This document shows positions 33,864 to 42,254 of a DNA stretch of 58,971 nt, piece after piece. The translations under genes and the position numbers were made by a program. The stretch spans positions 1 through 58,971 of the forward strand of contig CAZWIW010000005.1 in the NCBI GenBank assembly GCA_964634545.1. The letters run 5' to 3'. Source of the DNA: an uncultured Rubrivirga sp. (GTDB lineage: Bacteria; Actinomycetota; Actinomycetes; S36-B12). Below the pieces are notes generated by a model. The model was not told the DNA's origin, did not search any database, and worked only from the letters and a program-made list of their open reading frames with translations. The first letter of the stretch is position 1. Every line of letters starts with the position of its first letter.

Positions 33864-35195
33864 TCAGGTGCCTACGTCGAGACCGAGGAGGTCCTCGATG
33901 CTCTCCCGGCGCACGATTGCTCGGGCTTCACCCTCGCGCACCGCCACTACCCCCGGCCGGGGCAGGTAGTTGTAGTTCGAGGCCATCGATCGGCAGTAGG
34001 CGCCGGTGGCCGCGACCGCAAGGAGATCCCCCGGTGCGAGATCACCGGGCAACCAGGCATCGCGTACGACGATGTCACCGGATTCGCAATGCTTGCCGAC
34101 AACCCGACACAAGATGGGCTCGACCTCGGACACCCGCGACGCCAACGTGACGGTGTACTCCGCGCCGTACAGCGCCGTACGGATGTTGTCGCTCATGCCG
34201 CCGTCGACGGACACGTACGTGCGCACCTGACCGTGGTCGAGTTGTACCGGCTTCACCGTGCCGACCTCGTAGAGGGTGACGCCCGCCGGCCCGACGATCG
34301 CTCGGCCGGGTTCGAATGCCAACCGCGGGGTGGTGATGCCGTATTCGGCGCATTCTTTGGCAACGATGTCGCCGATCTGCGCAGCCATGTCCTGCACATC
34401 GAGCGGATCGTCGGAGTCCAGGTAGGCGATGCCCATGCCGCCACCGAGGTTGAGTTCTTCGATCTCGATGCCTTGTTCGTCGTAGATCCGCTCGGCCAAA
34501 GCCACCACGCGGGCGGCGGCCACTTCGAACCCCGAAGCGTCGAAGATCTGCGAACCGATGTGCGAGTGCAGCCCCACCAAGGTCAAGCTCGGCAACTTCG
34601 CGATGCGCCGCACGGCCTCCTCGACCGCGCCCCCCGCGGCAGAAAGTCCGAACTTCTGGTCCTCGTGCGCGGTCGCGATGAATTCGTGGGTGTGTGCTTC
34701 CACGCCCACCGTGGCGCGGACCATGACCGGCTGCACTCGGCCAGCAGCCGCGGCGGCTTGCGCACACCGGGCGATCTCCTCGAAGGAGTCCAACACGATG
34801 CGACCCACCCCGTACTCCACGGCGGTGGTGAGTTCTTCCATCGACTTGTTGTTGCCGTGCATCAACAAGGATTCGCCGGGCACACCGGCGCGCATCGCCA
34901 CGGCGAGCTCCCCGCCGCTGGCCACGTCGATTCCGAGGCCCTCCTCGGTAACCCAGGTAGCCACGGCGGTGCTCAAGAACGCCTTGGCGGCGTAGTAGAC
35001 GCGATCGGCCCCCGCTTGGGAGTAGGCCGACCAAAAGGCCCGCGCCCGAGATCGGACGTCCGCCTCATCCATGACGAACAGCGGCGTGCCGTAATCACCT
35101 GCAAGTTCGCGGACGTCCACATCCCCGATCAGCATCTGCCCATCCGAGCCGCGCTGCGCGCCTTGCGGCCACACGTGCGCGGGCAGTTCGCGCAT
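33864..35195 (-). CDS. lysA: diaminopimelate decarboxylase
   Basis: Contains YGTPLFVMDE and the PLP-Lys motif YAAKAF. The ATG at 35195 (MRELPAHVWP) aligns with the mycobacterial LysA N-terminus; the ORF is open to the GTG at 35276. Confidence 0.88.
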   Translation of the reverse strand: MRELPAHVWPQGAQRGSDGQMLIGDVDVRELAGDYGTPLFVMDEADVRSRARAFWSAYSQAGADRVYYAAKAFLSTAVATWVTEEGLGIDVASGGELAVAMRAGVPGESLLMHGNNKSMEELTTAVEYGVGRIVLDSFEEIARCAQAAAAAGRVQPVMVRATVGVEAHTHEFIATAHEDQKFGLSAAGGAVEEAVRRIAKLPSLTLVGLHSHIGSQIFDASGFEVAAARVVALAERIYDEQGIEIEELNLGGGMGIAYLDSDDPLDVQDMAAQIGDIVAKECAEYGITTPRLAFEPGRAIVGPAGVTLYEVGTVKPVQLDHGQVRTYVSVDGGMSDNIRTALYGAEYTVTLASRVSEVEPILCRVVGKHCESGDIVVRDAWLPGDLAPGDLLAVAATGAYCRSMASNYNYLPRPGVVAVREGEARAIVRRESIEDLLGLDVGT

Positions 35196-35315
35196 CGCTT
35201 CCACGCTCACCGCAGCCGGCAGCGCACCATCGACCGAGATATCGGCATGGCGGGGTCCTGCGGGGTGGGCGCGCACAGAGCAAGGCTAGGGCAGCGATGC
35301 CCGATCGGCTCACCA

Positions 35316-36974
35316 CTACATGCGCTCGGGCGCACTCACTCCCAGGAGGTCCAGACCATTGGCGAGCACCTGGCGTGATGCGGCGCACAGCCACAGCCGG
35401 GCCACGTGCAGATCCGAGAGTTCCTCATCAGCGCGCGGCAACACTTTGCAGACGTCGTAGAAGCGGTGGTACACGGTGGCGAGTTCCTCCAAGTAGCGGG
35501 CCACCCGGTGCGGTTCACGAAGTTCGGCGGCGCTGGCCACTACGCGCGGGAATTCCGCGAGGGTGCCCAGCAGGTCGTCTTCTCGCTCGTGCGCGAGTAA
35601 CCCGGGTTCGAACGGCAAGTTGCGCCAGTCGATGCCCAACTCGGCGGCGTTGCGCAGCACCGAGGAGATGCGCGCGTGCGCATATTGCACATAGAAGACC
35701 GGGTTGTCGTTGGTCTGCCGGGTGATGGTCTCCAGGTCGAGCGTGAGCGGTGAGTCGACCGGGTAGCGAATCAGTGTGTAGCGCGCGGCGTCGACACCCA
35801 CTTCCTCGACGAGGTCCTCGAGGGTCACGATGTTCCCCGCGCGCTTGGAGAGTTTGACCTCTTCTCCCCCACGGGTGATCTTCACCAGTTGGCCGATCAG
35901 CACCTCGATGTTGGCGTCCATGTCATCGCCGGCGCACGCCGAGACCGCGCGCAGCCGGTTCACATAGCCGTGGTGGTCCGCGCCGAGCAGGTAAATGTTG
36001 ATGTCGAAGCCGCGGGCGCGCTTGTCTACGTAGTACGCGGTGTCGGACGCAAAGTAGGTGTACTCACCGTCGGCCTTGATGAGAACGCGGTCCTTGTCGT
36101 CGCCGAAATCGGTAGTGCGCAACCAGACTGCGCCGCCCTCCTTGAAAACGTGTCCCTGCTCGCGCAGCCGCTGCAGCCCGCGCTCCACCGCACCGGAATC
36201 GTGCAGTTCCCGCTCGGAGTACCAAACATCGAAGCGGGTGCGGAACAACTCGAGCACCTGCTGCTGTTGACGCAGCTGCTTGGCATAGGCCGCTTCGCGG
36301 AAAGCGATGAGTTGATCGCCTTCGGGCTGATCGAGGATGTCGGGATCCTCCGCGATGATCGCCGCGGCCAGGTCGGTGATGTATCCGCCGTGGTAGCCGT
36401 CTTCGGGGACGGGCTGGCCGTGCGCGGCGGCCATGACCGAGGCACCGAACTTATCCATCTGCACGCCGCGGTCGTTGATGTAGAACTCACGCGCCACGCT
36501 CGCACCAGCAGCGGCGAGCACCCGGGCAATCGCATCTCCCACGGCCGCCCAGCGGGTATGCCCCAGGTGTAGCGGCCCGGTCGGGTTGGCGGAGATGAAC
36601 TCGACGTTGACGCTGCGCCCGCCGAGGGTTTCGGTGTGGCCGTAAGAATCCCCGGCAGTGACCACGGTGCGGGCAACCTCGCCTTGGGCAGCGGCTTCCA
36701 AGGTCACGTTGACGAAACCCGGGCCGGCCACCTCCACCGATTCGATTCCCTCGGCGTCTTTCAAGAGTTCGGCGAGTTCGCCGGCCAATTCGCGCGGGTT
36801 GCGCCCGACCTTCTTTGCCATCACCAGAGCGACGTTGGTCGCATAATCCCCGTGTTCACGGGACTTGGGCCGCTCGATGACCACATCTTCCGTAGCGATC
36901 GGCTCGACCGCACTGCCCTCGAGCACTCGGGCTAACGACTGGGCAACGGCGGTCCGCAATTGCTCGATGGTCAC
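35316..36974 (-). CDS. argS: arginine--tRNA ligase
   Basis: 552-aa ORF with class I HIGH (PTGPLHLGH) and KMSK-like (KLSKRAG) motifs. Confidence 0.95.
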   Translation of the reverse strand: MTIEQLRTAVAQSLARVLEGSAVEPIATEDVVIERPKSREHGDYATNVALVMAKKVGRNPRELAGELAELLKDAEGIESVEVAGPGFVNVTLEAAAQGEVARTVVTAGDSYGHTETLGGRSVNVEFISANPTGPLHLGHTRWAAVGDAIARVLAAAGASVAREFYINDRGVQMDKFGASVMAAAHGQPVPEDGYHGGYITDLAAAIIAEDPDILDQPEGDQLIAFREAAYAKQLRQQQQVLELFRTRFDVWYSERELHDSGAVERGLQRLREQGHVFKEGGAVWLRTTDFGDDKDRVLIKADGEYTYFASDTAYYVDKRARGFDINIYLLGADHHGYVNRLRAVSACAGDDMDANIEVLIGQLVKITRGGEEVKLSKRAGNIVTLEDLVEEVGVDAARYTLIRYPVDSPLTLDLETITRQTNDNPVFYVQYAHARISSVLRNAAELGIDWRNLPFEPGLLAHEREDDLLGTLAEFPRVVASAAELREPHRVARYLEELATVYHRFYDVCKVLPRADEELSDLHVARLWLCAASRQVLANGLDLLGVSAPERM

Positions 36975-37174
36975 CGCGCGAGCGTAGCGACGGGGTGTGT
37001 GGTTATGCTCACGGTAGGCAAGTACGTATCAGCACCACCGTTCATGAAGCGGCGCCAGCCAGGCGACGCAGCAGTTTCTGAGCAAGAGCACAGATTCCGG
37101 ACGAAGGTTTGAACGGCTAGCCCGCTCCGGGCGCGGTGTCCGGCGCGAAACTTCGTGCAAGGAGAATGTGCAAT

Positions 37175-37378
37175 ATGGCTCAAGGAACCGTGAAGTGGTT
37201 CAACTCCGAGAAGGGCTACGGCTTCATCGCCCAGGCCGACGGAGGACCGGACGTATTCGTCCACTACTCGGCGATCGAGGCCGACGGCTACCGCTCCCTA
37301 GAGGAGAACCAGCTCGTCGAGTTCGACATCGTCCAAGGACCGAAGGGTCCGCAAGCGGACAAGGTTCGTATGTCCTGA
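37175..37378 (+). CDS. cspA: cold-shock protein CspA family
   Basis: 67 aa, [18 protein letters not shown]...DVFVHYS (RNP1/RNP2). AAGGAGA RBS 9 nt upstream; the ORF-track start at 37136 is an extension. Confidence 0.93.
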   Translation: MAQGTVKWFNSEKGYGFIAQADGGPDVFVHYSAIEADGYRSLEENQLVEFDIVQGPKGPQADKVRMS

Positions 37379-37421
37379 ACTGACGTCCGCGTCAGTGCTG
37401 ACGAAAGTAACGACGAACTTC

Positions 37422-37455
37422 GATGAGGGTCCCACCTTCGGGTGGGGCCCTCATT
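37422..37455 (+). terminator. probable cspA terminator hairpin
   Basis: GATGAGGGTCCCACC-TTCG-GGTGGGGCCCTCATT (UUCG loop, two G-U pairs) lies 44 nt after the cspA stop. The downstream U-tract is weak. Confidence 0.5.
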
Positions 37456-37490
37456 CGTGTTCCGGCCGATCCTGAGGCACACTGGAAAAC

Positions 37491-37802
37491 ATGGCCGACG
37501 ACGACATCGAACGTCTCCTGCGCGAAGTCAACGCGATGAACAACCCCGCAGCCGGTGGGCAGCGCACCCCGGAGCGGTCATCGGTATCAAGGCCCCCCGC
37601 GAAGCAGGATGATTCCTCCGGTGGTGGCGTCGGGGGACGTCTGGCCTTCGCCGTGGGTTCGGGAGCGGTGCTTGGTGTCGCCGGGTGGTTCGGCGGACTC
37701 ATGATGCCGTTCGTGGGCTCGTTTTCCGCGGGCGTAGGCGCAACTTTCGGCGCATTTGCAGCGGCGCTGATCGCCGGCCCGCCGCGCTGGTTCTCTTCCT
37801 GA
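37491..37802 (+). CDS. hypothetical small membrane protein
   Basis: 103-aa ORF with an acidic N-terminus and Gly/Ala-rich hydrophobic C-terminal helices. No recognised motif. Confidence 0.45.
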   Translation: MADDDIERLLREVNAMNNPAAGGQRTPERSSVSRPPAKQDDSSGGGVGGRLAFAVGSGAVLGVAGWFGGLMMPFVGSFSAGVGATFGAFAAALIAGPPRWFSS

Positions 37803-37813
37803 GCCTTGAGCCC

Positions 37814-38779
37814 TCACCCGGTCGAGTCCGGCACCTTCGGGGCTGCGATCCCGTGAACGCCCACCTTGGCTGCCGCCGCCTTCGCCCAGTGGGGCCATTG
37901 GATCGGTGCCGGTCGCGGTGGTGCCTTGGCGCCGTGGATCTGGGCCTCGATAGCACCGCCGATGAGGATGCCCATGAAGACCAGGTAGAACCACAGCATC
38001 AGGACGATCGGGGTGCCGAAGGCGACGATCGCGGCACCCACGGTGTTCGACAGCGAGGTATACAGACCGAAGACGGCGCTGGAACCGAGCATCCACAACG
38101 TGGCGAACAGCACCCCCCAGGAGCGGACCTTCAACCGAGTGGGGGTGTCCGGCAGGAACTTCAGGACCAGACCGCAGATCACGAAGGCCACCAGCGACAA
38201 CACGGTCCAATTGACGACCCGGACTCCGACCAGCCGCAAGACGTCCGACAAGCCCAGCTCATCGAGGATTCGCGGCAGCAACTGCAGAACCAGCAGCAAA
38301 GCGACGACGGTGACCATCCCGCCGAGGGCCACGAACGCGGAGAACCCACGATCAACTACGCCGTGCACCCGATCAGGAGCTCCGAATATCCGGGTCAGCG
38401 TGGCCCGCAGGCCGTAGACAACTCGCGAGGCAACGTAGACGGCCACGAAGAAGGACACGATGGTGGTGATGGTGAAGGCGCTCGACGTACCACGGTCGGC
38501 CAACTCCACTAGGGCCTTCGTCGTCGGCTCTAAGGACTTCAATGTCTCCGGGCTGCGGTCGAAGATCTCCTGGACGGCCGTTTGCACCTGCTTTTGCGTC
38601 AGGAACGCACCGGCGAGCGCGCCTATCGCCAGGGCTGTCGGGGCTAGCGCGAAGAAGACATAGAACGAAAGTCCCCCGGCAACGATGCTGCCGCCGACCG
38701 ATGAATACCGGAGCATCACGGCCTGTCCGAACGCGATCGCTTCCTTCACGCGCTCAGACACCGGAACATCATTGCGCAC
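37814..38779 (-). CDS. YihY/BrkB-family inner membrane protein
   Basis: 321-aa ORF with about 6 TM helices and a typical YihY N-terminal region (GGLSFYVFFALAPTALA). Confidence 0.75.
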   Translation of the reverse strand: MRNDVPVSERVKEAIAFGQAVMLRYSSVGGSIVAGGLSFYVFFALAPTALAIGALAGAFLTQKQVQTAVQEIFDRSPETLKSLEPTTKALVELADRGTSSAFTITTIVSFFVAVYVASRVVYGLRATLTRIFGAPDRVHGVVDRGFSAFVALGGMVTVVALLLVLQLLPRILDELGLSDVLRLVGVRVVNWTVLSLVAFVICGLVLKFLPDTPTRLKVRSWGVLFATLWMLGSSAVFGLYTSLSNTVGAAIVAFGTPIVLMLWFYLVFMGILIGGAIEAQIHGAKAPPRPAPIQWPHWAKAAAAKVGVHGIAAPKVPDSTG

Positions 38780-38809
38780 GCGCGCGCTGATAGCCTGTCG
38801 CTCCCCTCG

Positions 38810-38882
38810 GCCCCCGTAGCTCAGGGGATAGAGCGCCGGTTTCCGGTACCGAAGGCCGCAGGTTCGAATCCTGCCGGGGGCG
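38810..38882 (+). tRNA. tRNA-Arg (anticodon CCG)
   Basis: A manual cloverleaf folds. Acceptor GCCCCCG/CGGGGGC, D arm GCTC-AGGGGATA-GAGC, anticodon loop TTCCGGT, 5-nt variable loop, T arm GCAGG-TTCGAAT-CCTGC, discriminator G. CCA is not encoded. Confidence 0.9.
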
Positions 38883-38883
38883 C

Positions 38884-39555
38884 ATGGATTCTCCGCAACC
38901 CCGATTCGCGCAGGTCCCCAGGAGTTTGTATCCGGGGATCGTCGCCGTCTTCGTTGCCCTGTTGCTTATCTCGAACATCGGTGCGGTCAAATTGATCGAG
39001 TTCGGACCGTTCATCACCGACGGTGGCGCTTTCCTCTTCCCCCTGGTGTACATCGTTGGCGACGTTCTGGCCGAGGTCTACGGGTGGAAGGCGGCCCGCA
39101 GGGCCATCGTGCTCGCCTTCGCGATGTCCGCGCTGGCCGCGTTCACCTTCTTCTTGGTTCAAATCTCTCCGCCCGCCGAGGCGTGGGAGAACCAAGCGGC
39201 CTTCGAGGCGGTCCTGGGTTTCGTACCTCGCATTGTGCTGGCCAGCATCCTCGGGTTCTTGGTGGGCCAAATGCTCAACGCCTACGTGCTCGTTTGGATC
39301 AAGCGACGTACCCAGGAACGAAAGCTGTGGGCCCGCCTCCTTGGCTCCACGGTGGTCGGCGAGTTCGCCGACACCCTGGTCTTTTGCACCATCGCGTTCT
39401 ACGGGGTCATTACCGGCGGCGACTTCCTCACTTATGTGATCGTCGGCTTCACCTACAAGACCGCCGTCGAAGTGATCTTGCTTCCCGTGACCTATCGAGT
39501 TATCGCGTTCGTCAAGAAGCGCGAACCCAGCTACGACGTCGCACTGACCGCTTAA
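38884..39555 (+). CDS. yhhQ: queuosine precursor transporter (YhhQ/DUF165, VUT family)
   Basis: 223-aa polytopic ORF with FPLVYIVGDVLAEVYGWKAARR and GEFADTLVF motifs. The ATG lies 2 nt after the tRNA 3' end. Confidence 0.8.
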   Translation: MDSPQPRFAQVPRSLYPGIVAVFVALLLISNIGAVKLIEFGPFITDGGAFLFPLVYIVGDVLAEVYGWKAARRAIVLAFAMSALAAFTFFLVQISPPAEAWENQAAFEAVLGFVPRIVLASILGFLVGQMLNAYVLVWIKRRTQERKLWARLLGSTVVGEFADTLVFCTIAFYGVITGGDFLTYVIVGFTYKTAVEVILLPVTYRVIAFVKKREPSYDVALTA

Positions 39556-40772
39556 CTCGGATAGCGCGCGAGGAATTCGTCGCGGAAGGCGACGTACTCC
39601 CCCGCCTCGATCGACATCCGAATGCGATCGACGAGCGAGACGATGAAGTGCTCGTTGTGGATCGTCGACAAGGTAGCGGCGATCGACTCCTTCGCCTTGA
39701 ACGCGTGGTGCAAGTAGGCGCGGGTGTAATTGCGGCAGGTGTAGCAGGTGCATTCGTCGTCGATCGGGGAGAAATTGCGCCGATTCGCGCTGGTGTTCAC
39801 ATTGAATCGACCCTCGAAGGTGTACAACGCTGCGTTACGGGCCACCCGCGCTGGAGACACACAATCGAATGTGTCAGCGCCGGACTCGATGGCAGTGAAG
39901 AAGTCCCGTGGTTCACCGATACCGAGCAGATGTCGAGGCTTGCCCTCCGGCAACTCTTCGCTCACCCATCGCACGATCGCAGCCATGTTCTCTTTCTCGA
40001 TCGCTCCCCCGATCCCGAACCCGTCGAAGTCCAAAGCACCGATGTCGCGGGCAGCCTGCCGTCGCAGATCCTCGTATTGCGCCCCCTGAACCACCCCGAA
40101 GAGCGCTTGGTAGGGCCGATCGGCCCGTTCGATCGTGAGTCGCTGATGTTCGGCGATACACCTATCAGCCCACGCGAGGGTGCGATCCATCGCCAATTGT
40201 TGATACTCCACGGAGTTCATCAAGGTGGTGCACTCATCGAAAGCGAAGATGATGTCGGCGCCGAGTTCATGCTGGACGCGCATCGACACTTCGGCGGTGA
40301 AGCGGTGCTGGGAGCCATCCAAGTGCGAGGTGAAGGTGACGCCGTCGTCGTCGACGAGCGCCAACCGGTCCTTGCCCTCGGCCACGACATCGTCGACGCT
40401 CCGCCCGTCGGTATCCATAGCGAGCACCTTCTTGAAACCGGCACCCAAGGACAGCACCTGGAAGCCACCACTGTCGGTGAAAGTGGGCCCGGACCAGTTC
40501 ATGAACGCGGCCAAGCCGCCGGCCGTCTCGACGATGTCCGCTCCGGGCTGCAGGTACAGGTGGTAGGCGTTGGCCAGTAAGGCTTGCGCCCCGAGCTCGG
40601 CCATCGTTTCCGGGAGCACGGTCTTCACGGTGGCCTTCGTCCCCACCGGGATGAACGCCGGCGTTTGGATGGGGCCATGTGGTGTGCGGATGATCCCGGC
40701 GCGACCGATCCCGTCCTCATCTCCCATCCGCGCGGTGATCTCGAAGCCGAAACCGCGTCCGTCTGCAACCAC
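39552..40772 (-). CDS. tgt: tRNA-guanine(34) transglycosylase
   Basis: 406-aa ORF with TPAFIPVGT, DSGGFQ and the Zn site CxCxxC (CTCYTCRNYTRAYLHH). GTG start. Confidence 0.92.
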   Translation of the reverse strand: MVADGRGFGFEITARMGDEDGIGRAGIIRTPHGPIQTPAFIPVGTKATVKTVLPETMAELGAQALLANAYHLYLQPGADIVETAGGLAAFMNWSGPTFTDSGGFQVLSLGAGFKKVLAMDTDGRSVDDVVAEGKDRLALVDDDGVTFTSHLDGSQHRFTAEVSMRVQHELGADIIFAFDECTTLMNSVEYQQLAMDRTLAWADRCIAEHQRLTIERADRPYQALFGVVQGAQYEDLRRQAARDIGALDFDGFGIGGAIEKENMAAIVRWVSEELPEGKPRHLLGIGEPRDFFTAIESGADTFDCVSPARVARNAALYTFEGRFNVNTSANRRNFSPIDDECTCYTCRNYTRAYLHHAFKAKESIAATLSTIHNEHFIVSLVDRIRMSIEAGEYVAFRDEFLARYPS

Positions 40773-40828
40773 GTGCGGAGGTTATCGGGGTCGAATCGGC
40801 GTTCCCCACCGCCGATCTGTACGAACGA

Positions 40829-40857
40829 AAGTTAAACGTGTGACCAACGGGAAACAA
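40829..40857 (-). promoter_or_regulatory. candidate tgt promoter
   Basis: On the minus strand, TTGTTT (-35), a 17-nt spacer and TAACTT (-10), inside the only AT-rich patch of the region, ~55 nt upstream of the tgt GTG. Confidence 0.3.
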
Positions 40858-40884
40858 TGCATCCAACGTGTCTACATTGACGAA

Positions 40885-41193
40885 AAAATTTTGCCCAAAC
40901 ACCTTGTGTCCGCTTGCCAAAGCCTGTTGTATTCAACCCAACGCACCGCAAGGTGCGGGTCGGTTCGAAGACCAGCGGCCTACCGGGTTCGACCCGGGAA
41001 TCCCCGAGTGCTGGCGGGGGTGGCGGCAAGGTACGGATCGAGGAATGCCACGAAGGACCGGTCGGGTGGCAACACCCGACGAGCGCCGCGGACTGCACAC
41101 ACCGCGGATGGCCCCGGGCAACCGGGCGGATCGATCGAGCGTTCCATGGCAAGGCCCCTCGAACTCATACTTCGAGGGGCCTTGCTCTTTTGT
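40885..41193 (+). ncRNA. candidate ~300-nt structured orphan RNA (family not recognised)
   Basis: Largest gene-free gap in the window. A possible -10 (TACATT, 40873-78) sits upstream. Three GCAA-tetraloop hairpins occur (40942-57, 41061-80, 41113-26), with further hairpins at 40983-97 and 41086-107, ending in a strong terminator. The 5' end is a guess. Confidence 0.35.
41149..41193 (+). terminator. intrinsic terminator (15-bp perfect stem, 7-nt loop, U-tract)
   Basis: GCAAGGCCCCTCGAA-CTCATAC-TTCGAGGGGCCTTGC followed by TCTTTTGT on the plus strand. The hairpin could also stop minus-strand oleD transcripts, but there is no U-tract on that strand. Confidence 0.7.
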
Positions 41194-41240
41194 ACCGCGA
41201 CCTCATGAAGCGTTGAGGTTGCCACGCCGGGGAGCGCGAT

Positions 41241-42254
41241 CTAACGCCCCGCGTACCACCGAGCCAGACGCTGCATGCCCTCGTCGAGTCCGATTTCGGG
41301 ACGCCAATCGAGCAGCCGCCGTGTCTGCCGTTGGTCGAACCAATGCGCAGTCGCCAATTGCTCCACCAGGAAGCGGGTGACCGGTGGCTCTACCCCGCGG
41401 CGGGCAAGCACGGCCTCGGCCGCACCGCCGGCCGCGTAGGCGGGACCGAACGGAACCGACCGCGGGGTCATGTCCAGGCCCGCCGCACGAACGATGGCGG
41501 TCAGAATGTCGCGGACCGGACGCGGCTCGCCGTTGCTCACCACGAGCGATCGACCACATAGTTCACGCCCTAGCCCATCGAATGCGTACATCCGTTCCAA
41601 GGCGGCACCGATCGCCGCCCCCGCATTGTCGATATATGTCGTGTCGATTAAGGCCGTGCCGCCATCGATCATGAAAAGGCGACCGGCCCGCGCCCGGGAC
41701 ACGATTCGCCCGACCAGCTGGGTATCACCGGGCCCCCACACCAGGTGCGGTCGGATGGCCACGGCAGGAACGTCGTCTTGACCTAGCACCAGTAGTTCGG
41801 CCATCGCCTTGGATCGCGAGTAGTGTCCGCGCGCCGACGTGGGATCCGCGGGTTCGGCCGCCGCTCCGACAAGTGGGTGACCAGCGTGCGCCACCGAGGG
41901 TGATGACACCTGCACGAAGGCGCGAACGCCGTGCCGTTGGGCCGCGCTCAAGACGACTCGCGTTCCTTCAACGTTCACCGATTCGAAGTCCCGCCACGTG
42001 CCGTCGATACCGACCCGCGCAGCGAGATGGATCACCGCGGTACAACCATCCATGGCTTCGTCAACGGTCCGCGGATCGGTGACATCGCCGAGATGATCAC
42101 GCACCTGCGTCTTATCCGCGCCGTGCGCGTCGTCAGCTCTGCCCGACGCCGACCGCTGCAAGGCTGTGACGTGCCATCCCCGAGCGCGGACATCGTCGAT
42201 CACGGCATTGCCGAGCAGACCACGGCCACCGGTCACGAGCACTCGCTTCGTCAC
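41241..42254 (-). CDS. oleD: OleD: NAD(P)H-dependent 2-alkyl-3-ketoalkanoate reductase (3beta-HSD/epimerase family)
   Basis: 337-aa ORF with Rossmann VLVTGGRGLLG and catalytic YSRSK. GTGA overlap with the oleBC stop; the call rests on the operon context with oleA and oleBC. Confidence 0.8.
   Translation of the reverse strand: MTKRVLVTGGRGLLGNAVIDDVRARGWHVTALQRSASGRADDAHGADKTQVRDHLGDVTDPRTVDEAMDGCTAVIHLAARVGIDGTWRDFESVNVEGTRVVLSAAQRHGVRAFVQVSSPSVAHAGHPLVGAAAEPADPTSARGHYSRSKAMAELLVLGQDDVPAVAIRPHLVWGPGDTQLVGRIVSRARAGRLFMIDGGTALIDTTYIDNAGAAIGAALERMYAFDGLGRELCGRSLVVSNGEPRPVRDILTAIVRAAGLDMTPRSVPFGPAYAAGGAAEAVLARRGVEPPVTRFLVEQLATAHWFDQRQTRRLLDWRPEIGLDEGMQRLARWYAGR

Noticed and set aside
36975-37174. 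Specific riboswitch or thermosensor in the 200-nt argS/cspA divergent region
   Set aside because: A long cspA 5' UTR is plausible from what is known of cold-shock genes. However, I could not identify a defined conserved structure or promoter elements with confidence, so it is left unannotated.
40957-40997. T-arm-like motifs (GGTTCGAAGACC, CCGGGTTCGACCCGG), considered as a tRNA/tmRNA remnant or an att-site copy of the tRNA-Arg 3' end
   Set aside because: No acceptor stem or cloverleaf can be drawn. The hairpin has a 5-nt rather than a 7-nt T-loop. Identity to the tRNA-Arg 3' half is limited to the short (G)GTTCGA core. No integrase or direct repeat bounds the 38.9-41 kb segment.
40868-41380. 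Plus-strand ORFs (170 aa and 100 aa) and minus-strand ORFs (62-106 aa) inside the tgt-oleD gap
   Set aside because: They have no Shine-Dalgarno or sensible start context, an Arg/Gly/Pro-biased composition, and they read through the 15-bp terminator stem and/or into oleD antisense. An RNA explanation fits the hairpin content better.
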